DNA of 64,000 nucleotides from assembly GCA_033442325.1 (NCBI GenBank), contig JAWQFM010000014.1, positions 952,435-1,016,434 of the forward strand, written 5' to 3'. Source of the stretch: Salpingoeca rosetta (taxonomy: Eukaryota > Protista > Choanoflagellata). The notes under the pieces were generated by a model. It did not search any database. It was not told where the DNA came from and saw only the letters and a program-made list of their open reading frames with translations. This document shows, in pieces, positions 60,478-64,000 of the stretch. Within the stretch, counting starts at the first letter, position 1. The number at the start of each line of letters is the position of its first letter. The translations under genes and the position numbers were made by a program.

Positions 60478-61255
60478 ATGGCGGATGAGGACAAGAGCCA
60501 ACATGACGTGGAGGAGCTGCGGAGACGAATCGAGGCGCTGACGCGCGAAAACGAACGCTTGAAGCAGCAGAAACAACATGAGAGCCACAACAACAACAGC
60601 AGCAGCAGCCTCCACAGTGGTGTTGGCGACAACGATGATCAGGTCGCTGTTGTTGATGGCATGCTGAGGAGCGACGGCGCAAACGGGCCCTACAAACAGC
60701 ACTGGCGAGTGGAGGACGAGGACGAAGATTTTTCCTCCGACCTTGCTGGTGTTGGGAATGGCAATGGCACAGGACGACCATTGTCAAGAAGCAGCAGATA
60801 CAGCAGTCGACAGAGCAGCCGCAGCGCATCGCGCCCTGGCTCGTCCCTCAACTCCAGCCGGCGTGGTCGCATGAACGGGCGGGCACACAACCGCCGCCGC
60901 CGCTATGACGACGATGATGGTGACGATGCCGACGAAGACGGATACCGCACACCATCGCCAGAGTACGTGACAGCCATCGTACTGTCCTCTGTCCTGTTTT
61001 GTTGGCGCGTACTTTTGACCGGCTCATCATCCCGTTGACGCGTCCTTCCTTCCTTCCTTCCTTCCTTCCTTCATTCATTCATTCATCCATTCCTTTGTTC
61101 AATTCTTTTATTCATGCATCACAAACAACGCTTGCTGTTGCGTGCGCTTGGTGCAGCGCTGGCCTGGACGATTCGGCGATCCTTGACGCCGTCGACCCCA
61201 TTGACATGGACGACGAAGACAACCTCGGCAACAGCGAAGACAACTGGTGTGGTGT

Positions 61256-61301
<46 letters not shown>

Positions 61302-62352
61302 CGAGCGTATCCTTGACCTCGAACACACTCAAATGCAGCACTCACCACATGCTTGAACACTCGCGCGTGCTACAATACGCCAAACACACACACAACACAC
61401 ACGCGCGATACACAACACTCACTCACTCATACGATGCACAACACTCGCATACAATATACAACGCGCATCACACGTGATGGATGGCAGGCTGTACACGTCG
61501 CCCGCGCACTCGCGGCGGCGAATGTCGTTTCTGTCGCCGAAGGACTGGCTGAGCAGCGAGCGGGCACGCGACCACTTCTTCGACGTTGTGGAGCGCATCC
61601 CGCGCACGCTTCAGGGCACGAGCGACGAGGTGTGTCTGGAGGACAGCCCACTCAACCGGTCGTGGGACGGGCGCAGCCTTCGCCCCATGCGCTCGCCAAT
61701 GCAGCCGCTGTCTCGCAGCTTCAACGCCGCCGGCCTGCGCGCCCTCTACAACAGCAACAACAACAGCAACAGCGGCAGCGGCATCACCAGCACCAGCAGC
61801 ACGAGCAGCAGCCCGACGAAGCTGCCGATGGGGACCCGCCAGCCCGCGCTGTCTGTGTCCCCGGTGCGCGGGCCACGCATGTCGTCGCCACACGCCCCCG
61901 TCTCATCGCCACTCACACCATCCTCCTCCACCGCACACGCGCACGCATATGCGAGCACAGCAGGCAGCTACCTGCCCTCGGCAGCAACAGCAGCAGCCGG
62001 CACAAACGCAGGCAGTGCAACATCGACAACAATGACGACGATGATGACGGGTGGCGACAGCGCGTCGTTGAGCGCGCGACCAGAGCGGTTAGCAACGCCG
62101 CCGCGGGAGGGGTACGTGCACGTGCCAGACCCAAATCGCGTGCGGCGAAAACACGAGCGGGAGCACATGGAGCGCGTACCCATCACGGAGCGGCTGAAAC
62201 TGCCGATGGGCCGTGGAGGGTCACGCCCCCACAGCGCAGGGAGCGTGGATGGAAGTGGAAGCATCAGCAGCACTGGGGGGCATGTGAGCGGCAGCAGTGC
62301 TGGTCGCCGCCGTGCTCGCCGTATCTCTGCACAGTACACATCGCAGCTGTAG
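60478..62352 (+). CDS. SLAIN-like coiled-coil / disordered protein
   Basis: Exons 60478-60962, 61157-61246 and 61488-62352 join in frame. N-terminal coiled coil DVEELRRRIEALTRENERLK; ILDAVDPIDMDD..EDNW|LYTSP..SFLSPKDW resembles SLAIN2 LLDEVEPL..EESWLYSSP..SVSPLVW. Confidence 0.7.
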
Positions 62353-63007
62353 TCCCAATGATGATTGATGATGATGATGACGTCGTCGTCGTGTGCGTGT
62401 ATGTCTCTGTGTATGTGTCTGTGTGTGTTTGTTTGTGTATGTATGTGTGGCTGTGTCTCTGTTTGTGTCTGTTTCTATGCGTGTGTGTGTGTGTGTCTGT
62501 GTGTGTGTCTGTGTACGTGTGTGTTTATTGCGAGGGAGGGGAGAAAATGTGACGCACCTCATGTTGCTGTTTCGGTTGGAGTTGAGCTGGTATCAACAGG
62601 TGGTGTGCGCTGTCTGTGAGTGCTGACACACGCGTTTTGTTGGTGCTCTGTTGCCTGGGGTGTTTCCTCCCTCCTCCTCCTGCCCCCCCCCCTCTTCTTC
62701 TCCTTTCTTCTTCTTTATTCAGCCCTTCGTTTCATGCGGTTGTTGCATCATGTCACTCTTATGTGTTGCCTCTCTGTCACTGGCAGCCTCGACCTGCTTC
62801 TTCTTCGTTCTTCTTCTTTTCGCTGCTTGCCTTGCACTGCCTCGTTGAATCCTGTCCATAACGTGTTTGTATGTATGTATGTACGCACGGTTCCCTCTTG
62901 TCTTTGTGTGTATGTGTTGTAAATGCTACGAATTGACTCGAGTGCCGTGTGATGTGATGGCGTGATTGCAGTGGTGACACGGTGATGATATCATGTCAAT
63001 GGTGGTG

Positions 63008-63131
<124 letters not shown>

Positions 63132-63231
63132 NNNNNNNNNNNNNNNNNNNNNNNNNNNNNNNNNNNNNNNNNNNNNNNNNNNNNNNNNNNNNNNNNNNNN
63201 NNNNNNNNNNNNNNNNNNNNNNNNNNNNNNN
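63132..63231. other. Assembly gap (100 N) next to a long (CA)n run
   Basis: Run of N in the sequence. Confidence 0.99.
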
Positions 63232-63345
63232 TCGTCAGCTAGTCATCGCAACTAAAACGGTGCAGCTTTTGCACCACACACACACACATACACACAGCAC
63301 AACACAGCACAACGCAGCGTAACAAGACGCAAGCGTGTGTGGTTG

Positions 63346-63916
63346 TTAGTCGTGCTTCTTGTTGCCGTCGGCGGCTGCTGCCGTGGATTGGTTAAAGGTG
63401 TCCACCGCCTTGCCATCAGCAGACTGCTGCTTGTGCTTCCTGTCCTTGCTGCCAGCACCACCAAAGTGCCTGAGCACACCGCGCATGAGGAGGGAGAACC
63501 AATACAGCTGCGGAACAACGAAGAGCACGGTGCCAATCCAGCAGGTGCGGCGGAGGAGGGAGGGGGCCGTGTGCCAGGGCTGCCCGAGCGACGTGGCGTA
63601 CTCAATCATGAGACGCGGGATAAGCAGCACGCGCGTCCAGAAGAACACGGCAGTGAACAGCAGCCCGTTGACGGTGTAGGCGAGCGTGTCCTTGCGGTTG
63701 GCGGTGGCAAGCATGCCGCGCAGCACCATGAAGATGGAGCTCGCCTCGCACACGAAGAAGTGGCCGAAGAAGTAGTCGCCCATGTTGACGGTGATGAGGA
63801 GCGGGAAGCCAAGTCCAACCGTCAGCACGTGGTGCAGCAGGATGAGGCCTTGGTCCTTTACCAGGCTCACCAGCCCGCGCTGACCCTTGGCATTGCCAAA
63901 GCGCAAGTGCTGGTAC
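63346..63916 (-). CDS. TLC-domain membrane protein, TLCD3/FAM57-like; last exon (gene starts beyond the right edge)
   Basis: LILLHHVL..GDYFFG..CEASSIF..VNGLLFTAVFFWTRVLLIP..PQLYWFSLL matches FAM57 motifs; the C-terminal KKHD is a KKxx ER-retrieval signal. Confidence 0.85.
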
Positions 63917-63925
63917 CTGCACCGG

Positions 63926-64000
<75 letters not shown>

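Noticed and set aside
62341-62352. C-terminal SQL as a peroxisomal or PDZ signal
   Set aside because: A three-residue match is too weak to call on its own.

Overview
Eukaryotic, gene-dense, intron-rich DNA whose introns and UTRs are packed with (CA)n/(GT)n microsatellites. This style plus the holozoan-type gene set suggests a choanoflagellate such as Salpingoeca (inference, not verified). Most listed ORFs are repeat artefacts, so genes were rebuilt by hand by joining exons at GT-AG sites. I find 16 protein-coding genes: GH5 endoglycoceramidase (partial), a CBP/p300-like HAT, a small protein ending in an isolated HECT C-terminus, a DNAJC12-like J protein, an intronless secreted 7-blade beta-propeller, an intronless ZNFX1-like helicase fused to RING1+Rcat, Rad6/UBE2A, thymidylate kinase, a pseudo-GTPase dynamin-LRR-TPR-MLLE fusion, an acylated phosphagen kinase with a long acidic tail, a divergent Orai, a RhoGAP, an EGF/mucin type I membrane protein, PPAN/Ssf1, a SLAIN-like protein and a TLCD3/FAM57-like protein (partial). 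There is a 100-N gap near the end. The best candidates for new biology are the ZNFX1-RBR-type RNA-sensing E3 (in an intronless island) and the dynamin-LRR-TPR-MLLE protein; both may be innate-immunity-like. All family assignments come from motif recognition from memory, with no database search.
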